This document shows, in pieces, positions 10,701 through 23,432 of a stretch of 64,000 nt of DNA. A model generated the notes under the pieces. The model searched no databases. It saw nothing but the letters and a program-made list of their open reading frames with translations, and had not been told where the DNA came from. Source of the DNA: Macrostomum lignano (taxonomy: Eukaryota); the NCBI GenBank assembly GCA_002269645.1, contig NIVC01001456.1, positions 1 through 64,000 on the forward strand. The letters run 5' to 3'. The translations under genes and the position numbers were made by a program. Each line of letters starts with the position of its first letter. The first letter of the stretch is position 1.

Positions 10701-13700
10701 CATAGTAGGTGTAGGCGTAGAGCGAATATTCGGTGTAGAGCGACGACGCCTCAATGTAGCAGTAGGCAGCCTTGCTCGGCGCCTCTCGACACAGCTGACG
10801 AACGTGGTCGTTGGGTGCGGAGTCGGGAAACTCGAACCGACCGAGACTGTCGCACCAAGGCGCAGATGCTGTCGACTGGTTCAATACTGGGCCTAAAATA
10901 TTCCTTGGGTAGACATTGTCATACATGTATCCAGTGCCGTTCTTTTTCAGCACGACTGTCGGGAATCCAGCTGGTGGCGGTCGCGACTTCGGCGGAAGCA
11001 GGAATCCGTAGGTAGGCTGACACTCCGCGACTACTTGGCTGTCATTGTTAAAGTAGCGAACCCTCAGCTTTACCAACGATAGACTCGCATTGGAGCCGGC
11101 GTAGTTGGACATTCCCAGAGCATCTGCGCTCACGCAGCTGTTATTATCGAGAAGCCTGTTGAGTGTAATTTCCTGTCCGATGCGGCTGTTGTCGAGCTTG
11201 TTGGATCCGAGTCTCATCACAGGAGGACCCACTTGCTGCACAACGGTGAAACGAACACTCAGATCCGCAGGAATGAAGCAGGAGTTTGTAGGCGACACGG
11301 ACGTGATGATGGTCTTGTTGTTGGGACACGACCTCTTTGCCACCGCTTCATCGCACTGATCAGACTCGAGACACAAGTTGTATCCAGCATAACAGCGAAC
11401 CATGGAAGGTGAGCCTGTCGTGGTCGAGTTTGTGGAGTAGTAGCTTGTCGAACTGCAGGTAACGCTTGCGTAGTCGCATGTGGACCATGACAAATACTGC
11501 GTCCTATTGTAGCACATGCCTTGCTTCGGACAAAAGTTCTGAAAGAACGCAATTAAGAAAACATTTTTATTTTTTATCCTGGGAAAAAATTGAACCAATT
11601 GTCTAAAGATCTTAGTAAGGCAATAACTATCCTATCCTAAGCATCATCACGATTTAAAAGAAAAACTGCGATGCGCACGTAACGAAAATGCTTAAATCCT
11701 TAAAATAGCAGAGCACATCTTCTCCTTCTGCCCTGCAACAGCCCTCTGCTTCCATCTTCCGCTGTGGCCGCTCATCGCTGTCTGCCTGCCCTGGTGGCCT
11801 CCGCCTGACCATCGGCAAGTCTAAGACCAACCAGTTCAAGATCGCCAGCTGCTAGCCTTCTTTCCTTATGTAATGCCCACCGATCTGTCATGTTGCTGCT
11901 CTCTAGACAGTCATCCGGGTCGTGGTCAAAGCCTACCACTTCATACCAGTCGCCGACAAGGACATCACTAAAACAGCAAGCTGTACACCGTTTGGCTCCT
12001 TCGAGTATGCCCGAATGCTATTTGGGATGCACAACTTCATTTGTACTTTCCAAAGTTTCAACGACTCACTATTTGGCAAACCTGCTTAGCGTCATAACTT
12101 GCGTCTGCAATATTCTAATTCATACCGAATCAGAGAACGACCACCATCGAGATGTTAAGATTGTTTTTCTACAACGCCTTCACAAGGAGGGCCTTCGAGT
12201 TCAGTAGACCGAATACCACTTCTTCTAAAGTAGCATCGAGTTCCTTGGTCACCTAGCAGCCGGAATCCAGCCACTTTCGTTCCGTGTGGCAGCGCAGCGC
12301 AAAACCTCGCCTCCAGAGATTTTAAGAGCCTCACGAGTACATGGAATGTCTGCGTTCAAACAAAGCCGGGTTCTATCCCGATTTTTCGACTTATCCGTTT
12401 CTATATTTCTAGAAAGTTCTACTAAAAGATTAGATTAGGAGCCCACGTGAATGATAGGCGATTGCAAAGCCCGGATTTTAGCCGCTAATGCGCCCAATAG
12501 AAAAAAGTGAGCAGCTCTCTCGTTTTAACGCTCACCAGTAAGTCTGCGCTGAAATCAAAGAATATAAATCTCAAAAACATTTTCACAAAAGATTTCTAAC
12601 TTCTTTGATATTTGACCATAAAACCCTAATGAATATATTCGTAAAATGAGCTATTTCCATTTCCTACACAAATAACTTTAATTTCAAATACAACCTGTAA
12701 CTTACCTGGCCATTCGCAGCGCACTGCTGCTCCAACTGAGACAAACGGTCCAAGCAAGTGCTCGCGTTCACGCATCCATTGGCTGCAGCGCAGTCGATCT
12801 CTCCCTGCATTTTATTGAAAACAAGCACATACGAGCGTACGAGTTGCACTGTGCCTTTGCTTTTACATTTCTAACCACAAATAGAAATGTACGTGTAAAC
12901 ATCAGCTCCTCACCATGCTGCAATTTATGCTTTGTCGACAAGGCGAACCGATCGGAACGCAACTCTTTGTTTCCAGACATGGCTCATATCCATACTGGCA
13001 GCCTCGACTGTACTCGACTCGGAGAATCTCGTCTCCGAAGTAGTTTCCGTCAGTCGGAGGCGCGTCCTGCTCCGGCAGCAGTCCGTTCCACAGTCTGCAT
13101 GTTAAATTGACACTGCCCGGCTGTCTGAGTTGCACATAAAAGTATGAGCTCTCAACCGATAGCAGTAGGTATCCTGAGCCGAACTTTCTGACAGAAGCGC
13201 CGCCATAGTAGGTGTAGGCGTAGAGCGAATATTCGGTGTAGAGCGACGACGCCTCAATGTAGCAGTAGGCAGCCTTGCTCGGCGCCTCTCGACACAGCTG
13301 ACGAACGTGGTCGTTGGGTGCGGAGTCGGGAAACTCGAACCGACCGAGACTGTCGCACCAAGGCGCAGATGCTGTCGACTGGTTCAATACTGGGCCTAAA
13401 ATATTCCTTGGGTAGACATTGTCATACATGTATCCAGTGCCGTTCTTTTTCAGCACGACTGTCGGGAATCCAGCTGGTGGCGGTCGCGACTTCGGCGGAA
13501 GCAGGAATCCGTAGGTAGGCTGACACTCCGCGACTACTTGGCTGTCATTGTTAAAGTAGCGAACCCTCAGCTTTACCAACGATAGACTCGCATTGGAGCC
13601 GGCGTAGTTGGACATTCCCAGAGCATCTGCGCTCACGCAGCTGTTATTATCGAGAAGCCTGTTGAGTGTAATTTCCTGTCCGATGCGGCTGTTGTCGAGC

Positions 13701-16700
13701 TTGTTGGATCCGAGTCTCATCACAGGAGGACCCACTTGCTGCACAACGGTGAAACGAACACTCAGATCCGCAGGAATGAAGCAGGAGTTTGTAGGCGACA
13801 CGGACGTGATGATGGTCTTGTTGTTGGGACACGACCTCTTTGCCACCGCTTCATCGCACTGATCAGACTCGAGACACAAGTTGTATCCAGCATAACAGCG
13901 AACCATGGAAGGTGAGCCTGTCGTGGTCGAGTTTGTGGAGTAGTAGCTTGTCGAACTGCAGGTAACGCTTGCGTAGTCGCATGTGGACCATGACAAATAC
14001 TGCGTCCTATTGTAGCACATGCCTTGCTTCGGACAAAAGTTCTGAAAGAACGCAATTAAGAAAACATTTTTATTTTTTATCCTGGGAAAAAATTGAACCA
14101 ATTGTCTAAAGATCTTAGTAAGGCAATAACTATCCTATCCTAAGCATCATCACGATTTAAAAGAAAAACTGCGATGCGCACGTAACGAAAATGCTTAAAT
14201 CCTTAAAATAGCAGAGCACATCTTCTCCTTCTGCCCTGCAACAGCCCTCTGCTTCCATCTTCCGCTGTGGCCGCTCATCGCTGTCTGCCTGCCCTGGTGG
14301 CCTCCGCCTGACCATCGGCAAGTCTAAGACCAACCAGTTCAAGATCGCCAGCTGCTAGCCTTCTTTCCTTATGTAATGCCCACCGATCTGTCATGTTGCT
14401 GCTCTCTAGACAGTCATCCGGGTCGTGGTCAAAGCCTACCACTTCATACCAGTCGCCGACAAGGACATCACTAAAACAGCAAGCTGTACACCGTTTGGCT
14501 CCTTCGAGTATGCCCGAATGCTATTTGGGATGCACAACTTCATTTGTACTTTCCAAAGTTTCAACGACTCACTATTTGGCAAACCTGCTTAGCGTCATAA
14601 CTTGCGTCTGCAATATTCTAATTCATACCGAATCAGAGAACGACCACCATCGAGATGTTAAGATTGTTTTTCTACAACGCCTTCACAAGGAGGGCCTTCG
14701 AGTTCAGTAGACCGAATACCACTTCTTCTAAAGTAGCATCGAGTTCCTTGGTCACCTAGCAGCCGGAATCCAGCCACTTTCGTTCCGTGTGGCAGCGCAG
14801 CGCAAAACCTCGCCTCCAGAGATTTTAAGAGCCTCACGAGTACATGGAATGTCTGCGTTCAAACAAAGCCGGGTTCTATCCCGATTTTTCGACTTATCCG
14901 TTTCTATATTTCTAGAAAGTTCTACTAAAAGATTAGATTAGGAGCCCACGTGAATGATAGGCGATTGCAAAGCCCGGATTTTAGCCGCTAATGCGCCCAA
15001 TAGAAAAAAGTGAGCAGCTCTCTCGTTTTAACGCTCACCAGTAAGTCTGCGCTGAAATCAAAGAATATAAATCTCAAAAACATTTTCACAAAAGATTTCT
15101 AACTTCTTTGATATTTGACCATAAAACCCTAATGAATATATTCGTAAAATGAGCTATTTCCATTTCCTACACAAATAACTTTAATTTCAAATACAACCTG
15201 TAACTTACCTGGCCATTCGCAGCGCACTGCTGCTCCAACTGAGACAAACGGTCCAAGCAAGTGCTCGCGTTCACGCATCCATTGGCTGCAGCGCAGTCGA
15301 TCTCTCCCTGCATTTTATTGAAAACAAGCACATACGAGCGTACGAGTTGCACTGTGCCTTTGCTTTTACATTTCTAACCACAAATAGAAATGTACGTGTA
15401 AACATCAGCTCCTCACCATGCTGCAATTTATGCTTTGTCGACAAGGCGAACCGATCGGAACGCAACTCTTTGTTTCCAGACATGGCTCATATCCATACTG
15501 GCAGCCTCGACTGTACTCGACTCGGAGAATCTCGTCTCCGAAGTAGTTTCCGTCAGTCGGAGGCGCGTCCTGCTCCGGCAGCAGTCCGTTCCACAGTCTG
15601 CATGTTAAATTGACACTGCCCGGCTGTCTGAGTTGCACATAAAAGTATGAGCTCTCAACCGATAGCAGTAGGTATCCTGAGCCGAACTTTCTGACAGAAG
15701 CGCCGCCATAGTAGGTGTAGGCGTAGAGCGAATATTCGGTGTAGAGCGACGACGCCTCAATGTAGCAGTAGGCAGCCTTGCTCGGCGCCTCTCGACACAG
15801 CTGACGAACGTGGTCGTTGGGTGCGGAGTCGGGAAACTCGAACCGACCGAGACTGTCGCACCAAGGCGCAGATGCTGTCGACTGGTTCAATACTGGGCCT
15901 AAAATATTCCTTGGGTAGACATTGTCATACATGTATCCAGTGCCGTTCTTTTTCAGCACGACTGTCGGGAATCCAGCTGGTGGCGGTCGCGACTTCGGCG
16001 GAAGCAGGAATCCGTAGGTAGGCTGACACTCCGCGACTACTTGGCTGTCATTGTTAAAGTAGCGAACCCTCAGCTTTACCAACGATAGACTCGCATTGGA
16101 GCCGGCGTAGTTGGACATTCCCAGAGCATCTGCGCTCACGCAGCTGTTATTATCGAGAAGCCTGTTGAGTGTAATTTCCTGTCCGATGCGGCTGTTGTCG
16201 AGCTTGTTGGATCCGAGTCTCATCACAGGAGGACCCACTTGCTGCACAACGGTGAAACGAACACTCAGATCCGCAGGAATGAAGCAGGAGTTTGTAGGCG
16301 ACACGGACGTGATGATGGTCTTGTTGTTGGGACACGACCTCTTTGCCACCGCTTCATCGCACTGATCAGACTCGAGACACAAGTTGTATCCAGCATAACA
16401 GCGAACCATGGAAGGTGAGCCTGTCGTGGTCGAGTTTGTGGAGTAGTAGCTTGTCGAACTGCAGGTAACGCTTGCGTAGTCGCATGTGGACCATGACAAA
16501 TACTGCGTCCTATTGTAGCACATGCCTTGCTTCGGACAAAAGTTCTGAAAGAACGCAATTAAGAAAACATTTTTATTTTTTATCCTGGGAAAAAATTGAA
16601 CCAATTGTCTAAAGATCTTAGTAAGGCAATAACTATCCTATCCTAAGCATCATCACGATTTAAAAGAAAAACTGCGATGCGCACGTAACGAAAATGCTTA

Positions 16701-19700
16701 AATCCTTAAAATAGCAGAGCACATCTTCTCCTTCTGCCCTGCAACAGCCCTCTGCTTCCATCTTCCGCTGTGGCCGCTCATCGCTGTCTGCCTGCCCTGG
16801 TGGCCTCCGCCTGACCATCGGCAAGTCTAAGACCAACCAGTTCAAGATCGCCAGCTGCTAGCCTTCTTTCCTTATGTAATGCCCACCGATCTGTCATGTT
16901 GCTGCTCTCTAGACAGTCATCCGGGTCGTGGTCAAAGCCTACCACTTCATACCAGTCGCCGACAAGGACATCACTAAAACAGCAAGCTGTACACCGTTTG
17001 GCTCCTTCGAGTATGCCCGAATGCTATTTGGGATGCACAACTTCATTTGTACTTTCCAAAGTTTCAACGACTCACTATTTGGCAAACCTGCTTAGCGTCA
17101 TAACTTGCGTCTGCAATATTCTAATTCATACCGAATCAGAGAACGACCACCATCGAGATGTTAAGATTGTTTTTCTACAACGCCTTCACAAGGAGGGCCT
17201 TCGAGTTCAGTAGACCGAATACCACTTCTTCTAAAGTAGCATCGAGTTCCTTGGTCACCTAGCAGCCGGAATCCAGCCACTTTCGTTCCGTGTGGCAGCG
17301 CAGCGCAAAACCTCGCCTCCAGAGATTTTAAGAGCCTCACGAGTACATGGAATGTCTGCGTTCAAACAAAGCCGGGTTCTATCCCGATTTTTCGACTTAT
17401 CCGTTTCTATATTTCTAGAAAGTTCTACTAAAAGATTAGATTAGGAGCCCACGTGAATGATAGGCGATTGCAAAGCCCGGATTTTAGCCGCTAATGCGCC
17501 CAATAGAAAAAAGTGAGCAGCTCTCTCGTTTTAACGCTCACCAGTAAGTCTGCGCTGAAATCAAAGAATATAAATCTCAAAAACATTTTCACAAAAGATT
17601 TCTAACTTCTTTGATATTTGACCATAAAACCCTAATGAATATATTCGTAAAATGAGCTATTTCCATTTCCTACACAAATAACTTTAATTTCAAATACAAC
17701 CTGTAACTTACCTGGCCATTCGCAGCGCACTGCTGCTCCAACTGAGACAAACGGTCCAAGCAAGTGCTCGCGTTCACGCATCCATTGGCTGCAGCGCAGT
17801 CGATCTCTCCCTGCATTTTATTGAAAACAAGCACATACGAGCGTACGAGTTGCACTGTGCCTTTGCTTTTACATTTCTAACCACAAATAGAAATGTACGT
17901 GTAAACATCAGCTCCTCACCATGCTGCAATTTATGCTTTGTCGACAAGGCGAACCGATCGGAACGCAACTCTTTGTTTCCAGACATGGCTCATATCCATA
18001 CTGGCAGCCTCGACTGTACTCGACTCGGAGAATCTCGTCTCCGAAGTAGTTTCCGTCAGTCGGAGGCGCGTCCTGCTCCGGCAGCAGTCCGTTCCACAGT
18101 CTGCATGTTAAATTGACACTGCCCGGCTGTCTGAGTTGCACATAAAAGTATGAGCTCTCAACCGATAGCAGTAGGTATCCTGAGCCGAACTTTCTGACAG
18201 AAGCGCCGCCATAGTAGGTGTAGGCGTAGAGCGAATATTCGGTGTAGAGCGACGACGCCTCAATGTAGCAGTAGGCAGCCTTGCTCGGCGCCTCTCGACA
18301 CAGCTGACGAACGTGGTCGTTGGGTGCGGAGTCGGGAAACTCGAACCGACCGAGACTGTCGCACCAAGGCGCAGATGCTGTCGACTGGTTCAATACTGGG
18401 CCTAAAATATTCCTTGGGTAGACATTGTCATACATGTATCCAGTGCCGTTCTTTTTCAGCACGACTGTCGGGAATCCAGCTGGTGGCGGTCGCGACTTCG
18501 GCGGAAGCAGGAATCCGTAGGTAGGCTGACACTCCGCGACTACTTGGCTGTCATTGTTAAAGTAGCGAACCCTCAGCTTTACCAACGATAGACTCGCATT
18601 GGAGCCGGCGTAGTTGGACATTCCCAGAGCATCTGCGCTCACGCAGCTGTTATTATCGAGAAGCCTGTTGAGTGTAATTTCCTGTCCGATGCGGCTGTTG
18701 TCGAGCTTGTTGGATCCGAGTCTCATCACAGGAGGACCCACTTGCTGCACAACGGTGAAACGAACACTCAGATCCGCAGGAATGAAGCAGGAGTTTGTAG
18801 GCGACACGGACGTGATGATGGTCTTGTTGTTGGGACACGACCTCTTCGCCACTGCTTCATCGCACTGTGTCTGTCTTAGACACATATTGTAACCGGAATA
18901 GCATCGGATCAGAGGCTCAGTGCTGGTGCTGGTGGCATTGTCGCACGGGCTGCTCATGTAACTGCAGGTGTCCCAGGGCATGTAAACAGTTCTGTTGTAG
19001 CAGATTCCTTGTTTAGGGCAGAAGTTCTAAAAAATATTTGTTAGATTATTATCTTTTTCACTTGGAAAGAAGTACGTAGTTGAAGGTAAAATTTTAGAGT
19101 TTCCATGCGTGTCAATGTGTGTACTATTGTTTTCTTGCAAGTCGGTGAATTTCGGGTGGACGGTGTACATTGGAGATCCTCGTACATATGCTTTGTATTG
19201 TTGTCTGCCATCCCAGAAGGCAAAGTGAATCTGCCCTTGTAGCTGCGAATGTTTTTTCGAAGATATAAGAATATGAGTCAAATTAAATTAAGTGACTCAA
19301 GAGCTGTTAAACTGACGTAAATGCTCGTAGATTTTTATGCGACTCATAACTGTGCATGAGAATTTGTTTTCTGATAAGTAGAACGAACAGAATGCAGCGC
19401 GTATACCAGTCAAATTTGGAAAATTTGTGATACGCAAATTTTTATTTGCTATTCCACCAGGGTGTATTAGAGACCGTCTACTGAAGAGAAGCAGGAAAAG
19501 AATTTGAAGCGAATCTCTTAGTCTTATATAGAGTTAGCAAAAAAATTGCGCGCTGGCTTTTGAATAAAAATTAGACTGTTAAAACCGTCTGACAAAGTGA
19601 TGACCAGAAACCAGTCCTGGACTATAACGAGTTAATAAGAACAAACACGATTCTTTCTTTGTCAAAAATTCCAGTGAATGATTTTTTTGAGAAAAACTGG

Positions 19701-21666
19701 ACCTTGAAGATTTCCACCCATTTGGATTCAAACTTATGCGAACTGGCACTAGATGTCAAAAGTCCTTATGACAGGGGCAGATTTTTATGCAAGCTAGAAT
19801 AAGAAACGAGGTGCAATTCAGGATGGACAATTATATATCAATATGTACTTTTGTAAAGTATTTTTACAGTAATTGTATTCTTCATGAAATAAGAATATTA
19901 AGACATTTCTATCCATGCGATGGGACAGAAAGAACGGCATAACCTACTTGGTTGTTCGTGGCACACTGCTGCTCCAAGTCAATAATGCTGCCCAAGCAGG
20001 CACTCGCGTTGGCACAACCGTTAGCGGCAGGGCAGTCAAACTCTCCCTGTAAATTTATTTTGTACGCTTCGTCAGGTACAGAAAATAGTTACTACTGAGC
20101 AGTTAAGTCCCTATATTAGTACATACCGCGGTACAGTTCAGTCGCTCCCGACACAAAGTGTCTGCTGGAAGGCAGTTTTTTGCTGGCAAGCACGGGTTCA
20201 GGCCCGATGGACAGTGTATACTGTATTTGATTTGGAGAATCTCGTCTCCAAAGTAGTTACCATCAGTCGGGGGAGTGCCTTTCATCGGCAGCAGTCCGTT
20301 CCACAATCTGCATGTCAGATTCACACTTCCTGGCTGTCTCAAATATGTATTCATATACATTTTCTTTATATCGAGGATCAGATATCCAGATCCATAGTGC
20401 ATTACTGGAGCACCACTGGAGTAGGAGTAGGCATAGATAGAATACTCTGTGTAGTGAGACGACGCCTCGATGTAGCAGTAGGCAGCCTTCCTTGGTATAT
20501 CTCGGCACAGTTCGCGCTTTCGCTTATTTGCTCCCCGTCCGGGAAACTCAGCGATACCGAGGCCATCGCACCATGGAGCTGATGCATTTGACTGGTTCAA
20601 TGCTGAGCTTAAAATATTTCCCGGGTAGACATAGTCATGCATGCTTGCAGTGCCGTTCTTTTCTAACTCGACTGTCGGGAAACCAGCTGGTGGTGGTCGC
20701 GACTTCGGCGGAAGCAGGAATCCGTAGGTAGGCTGACACTCCGCGACTACCTTGTTGTCCTTGTTAAAGTAGCGAACCTCAGCTTTACCCACGATAGACT
20801 CGCATTGGAGCCGGCGTAGTTGGACATTCCCAGTGCGTCTGCGCTCACGCAGCTGTTGTTATCGAGAAGCCTGTTGAGTGTAATTTCCTGTCCGATGCGG
20901 CTGTTGTCGAGCTTGTTGGATCCGAGTCTCATCACAGGAGGACCCACTTGCTGCACAACGGTGAAACGAACATTCAGATCCGCAGGAATGAAGCAGGAGT
21001 TTGTAGGCGACACGGACGTGATAATGGTCTTGTTGTTGGGACACGACCTTTTCGCAATCGCTTCTTCGCATTGACTAGATTTTAGGCATAAGCCGTATCC
21101 AGCATAGCATCGAGCCTTTGAACTGATGTTGTAACCCGAATAGCTGGTGCAAGATTCGCTGGAGTAATCGCAAGTGCCCCAGAAGTTGTACTCTGTTTGA
21201 TTCCAACAGCGGCCTTGCTTCGGGCAGATTGCCTAGGTGGGAATTAAAAAAATTGCATTAATTGTCTTATGTGTTGTTCATTTACGAGTACTATTAGAGA
21301 CTTTTGAGCGCATTGTGAATGCTCAAACTTCAAATACTCGAACGTCCATCGAGCGTTCACGACTAAGACTCTCACCAAGTCATTTGCGGCGCAATCCTCC
21401 TCCATCGATGTAATTTCGTCCATGCAGACGGAGAAGTTTTTGCAGCTACTCGTTGTTGGACAGAACATCTCAGTCTAAAATTGGAGTTTGCACATTGAAT
21501 GATTCCTATCATCTGGACTCTATTATTGGGCCCGTACATATCTGATCTCTTCAAAAACGACCGAATGACTTACTTCATCGGAACAGTTTCCAGGAGAGGC
21601 GGTTTGACTGGCCACACCGTGTGCCAGCAGCAGTGCCAACCACAGTTGAAGCAGGGCGCCTGCCAT
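7703..21666 (-). CDS. Large modular secreted Cys-rich glycoprotein of unknown family; 3' end not in the window
   Basis: Signal exon 21574-21666 (MAGALLQLWLALLLAHGVAS...). Small 99-nt exons at 21376-21474, 19948-20046, 17712-17810, 15209-15307, 12706-12804, 10203-10301, 7703-7801. Large exons at 20127-21232, 17920-19026, 15417-16544, 12914-14041, 10411-11538, 7911-9035. Every junction is canonical AG|...|GT in phase 0. No stop-containing terminal exon found. Confidence 0.8.
7911..9035 (-). pseudogene. Large module exon L6 with two small deletions (real lesion or consensus error)
   Basis: 1125 nt. The -1 near 8575 gives an immediate stop (ASLSW*); a -2 follows near 8388. Confidence 0.7.
9203..9760 (+). 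mobile_element. Chimeric DIRS-recombinase/gypsy-RT relic in each array intron (also ~11706-12263, 14209-14766, 16712-17269)
   Basis: 9203-9418 copies 5928-6142 and is joined directly to a copy of 6919 onward; 6143-6918 is missing. Confidence 0.85.
10411..11538 (-). CDS. Large module exon L5 (376 aa, same as L3)
   Basis: Array copy with the same splice sites. Confidence 0.85.
12914..14041 (-). CDS. Large module exon L4 (376 aa, same as L3)
   Basis: Array copy with the same splice sites. Confidence 0.85.
15417..16544 (-). CDS. Large module exon L3 (376 aa, intact)
   Basis: TTTCAG|NFCPKQGMCYNRTQ...INCSM|GTGAG; 1128 nt. Confidence 0.85.
17920..19026 (-). CDS. Large module exon L2 (369 aa, intact)
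   Basis: TTTTTTAG|NFCPKQGICYNRTVYMPWDTC...INCSM|GTGAG; 1107 nt. Confidence 0.85.
20127..21232 (-). CDS. Large module exon L1 (divergent copy, 1-nt deletion near 20780)
   Basis: AICPKQGRCWNQ...RERLNCTA|GT. Length 1106 nt, one short of 369 codons; split into the 88-aa and 229-aa ORFs. Confidence 0.75.
21574..21666 (-). CDS. Exon 1 of the modular gene: ATG and signal peptide (31 aa)
   Basis: MAGALLQLWLALLLAHGVASQTASPGNCSDE followed by a GTAAGT donor. Confidence 0.8.
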
Positions 21667-22560
21667 TTGTGGCGCTGGGTTGGGCGGGCGGGTTTTTTTA
21701 TGCTTGCAAATTGTACAACTCAACTTTGAGTTGGCATAGCCACAATCAGGCGGAGCAAAAATGGGCCCTGCCACCCCCTCCCCCCAACAATTAGGCTGGT
21801 AAAAGTCAAAAGTGTCCACTTTGCAGCAGTTTTAGTGCCCCGAAGCTGGCGCCCTATACAAAGGATACACTAATATGGTGCCCCGATCCGTGATCCTGGC
21901 TACCCCCGTGTACCTGTAAACACGTCTTTGGCTTTGTTTAGACAATGTTAAAGTTAAAAAATTCTAGTAAGTAGAATATTTCAAGTCAACTTCAGCAAAC
22001 AAAAAATTCTTTGTCTTATTTTTATCGGGGTACTAACTTATTATATTCGGAATAAAAGCGTAATAGCTGTCAGCTGCAATAATCTGATTTAAAAAGACAA
22101 AAATAGTAGGTCCACGCCAAGACTTTCTCACCGCGGTTCATCCCGGCAGGCTGCAGGTTGGTCCAAATTTTAACACCGGAAAATCGAGTTGATGCAAAAA
22201 GACAGGACTACGGGATTCTATAAGCAATGCAGATGCGCTTCTCTGTTGAATGCAGAACAGAGACCGGCGGTAAAGTAGCTATTTTGTTTTCCGCTCCAGC
22301 TTTATCCCCAATGCCCGCATGATGGATTGGGGTGGAAGCGGCGAGAGGAAGGGGCTGCTAAACCGATCGATGAGGGAAGAATGGGAAGAATGGCTGGGAT
22401 TGTTCAATCCTGCAGAGCCTCCAGTCTTGGGGGACGTGGGTCGCGCAATGCGCATCCATATTTACTTGTCCCAAAAAAACTCAGCGCTCAAACCCTCCGT
22501 GCAATCGAGGGGCCATGGTGGATGAAAATGCAATTACTCACGGATGCAATTGCCGAGTGA

Positions 22561-22565
22561 AGAGA

Positions 22566-22647
<82 letters not shown>

Positions 22648-22659
22648 GAGAGAGAGAGG

Positions 22660-22702
<43 letters not shown>
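22561..22702. repeat. (GA)n microsatellite
   Basis: Direct reading. Confidence 0.97.
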
Positions 22703-22704
<2 letters not shown>

Positions 22705-23432
22705 AGAGAATGGACCCAGGGGAGCAATAAAAGCAGACTGGGGGATGGCAGCCAGCTCCATGGATACGAATAGCAACAGAAATTTTCGTCTCTCCCACCA
22801 AGCTCGCATTCCAACCCTAACGACTAATTTTGTTTAGAGGGGGGTTGGCAGAGTGCGCGTCTAAAAAACGAACTGACTATAGGTATTTTTTATAGAGCTG
22901 CAGGCAGACCATGTGGCGTGACTTTACCTGGCGTAGAGTTCGCAGGTGCATGGTGGGATGATTCTGTCAAGCGCACAGCTTTTTCAGTCAGGCGCTGCCT
23001 GTACAGGTACAAGCCAGTTAGGCATCTGCGTGGTTAATTTTCATTTTTATGATGACTGATGACTACTGTCAAATATTTATCCACCCAATTATCTCGATTA
23101 AATATCTTTGCTCAAGAGACGGGCTGAATTTTAAATCGCGCAGTAATAATTTTTTGTTTATTGACGACAGTCGCTAACGCATTTTATTGATGCTACATCT
23201 GTGTGGGATAATTTTAGAAAATATTCACTGAATAGAATGAGAATATCCTAGAGGTTTTTTGTAGTGAATTTTGTCGAGGTTTAATGAATGGTCGAAATCA
23301 ATGAGATATTCCTTGCATAAAAAACATATTTTTAAGCCTCTGAAAAGTACGATAAAAAGTAAATTTGCCTTTTTTACATTTCTTAATCGTGATACAGGTC
23401 CGTCGATAAGCGTTAAGATTTATTAAAGGACT

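Larger units (their letters stand above)
6919..18846. repeat. Tandem array of a 2503-bp unit, ~4.8 copies
   Basis: Identical ORF sets recur at +2503 (e.g. 10399, 12902, 15405, 17908). The first unit is 3 bp shorter (2-nt loss near 8388, 1-nt loss near 8575). Identity stops at 18847. Confidence 0.97.

Noticed and set aside
10399-16604. Three stand-alone 399-aa genes starting MVQFFPRIK
   Set aside because: The first 20 codons are intronic (poly-pyrimidine tract ending TTTCAG) and the last three (VRS*) read through a GT donor. These are internal exons of one gene.
6919-18846. The array as a CRISPR, rDNA, histone or SL-RNA type cluster
   Set aside because: No repeat-spacer structure and no recognisable rRNA, histone, snRNA or spliced-leader sequence in the unit.
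22488-22814. SLSL / RERE ORFs
   Set aside because: Translations of the (GA)n microsatellite.
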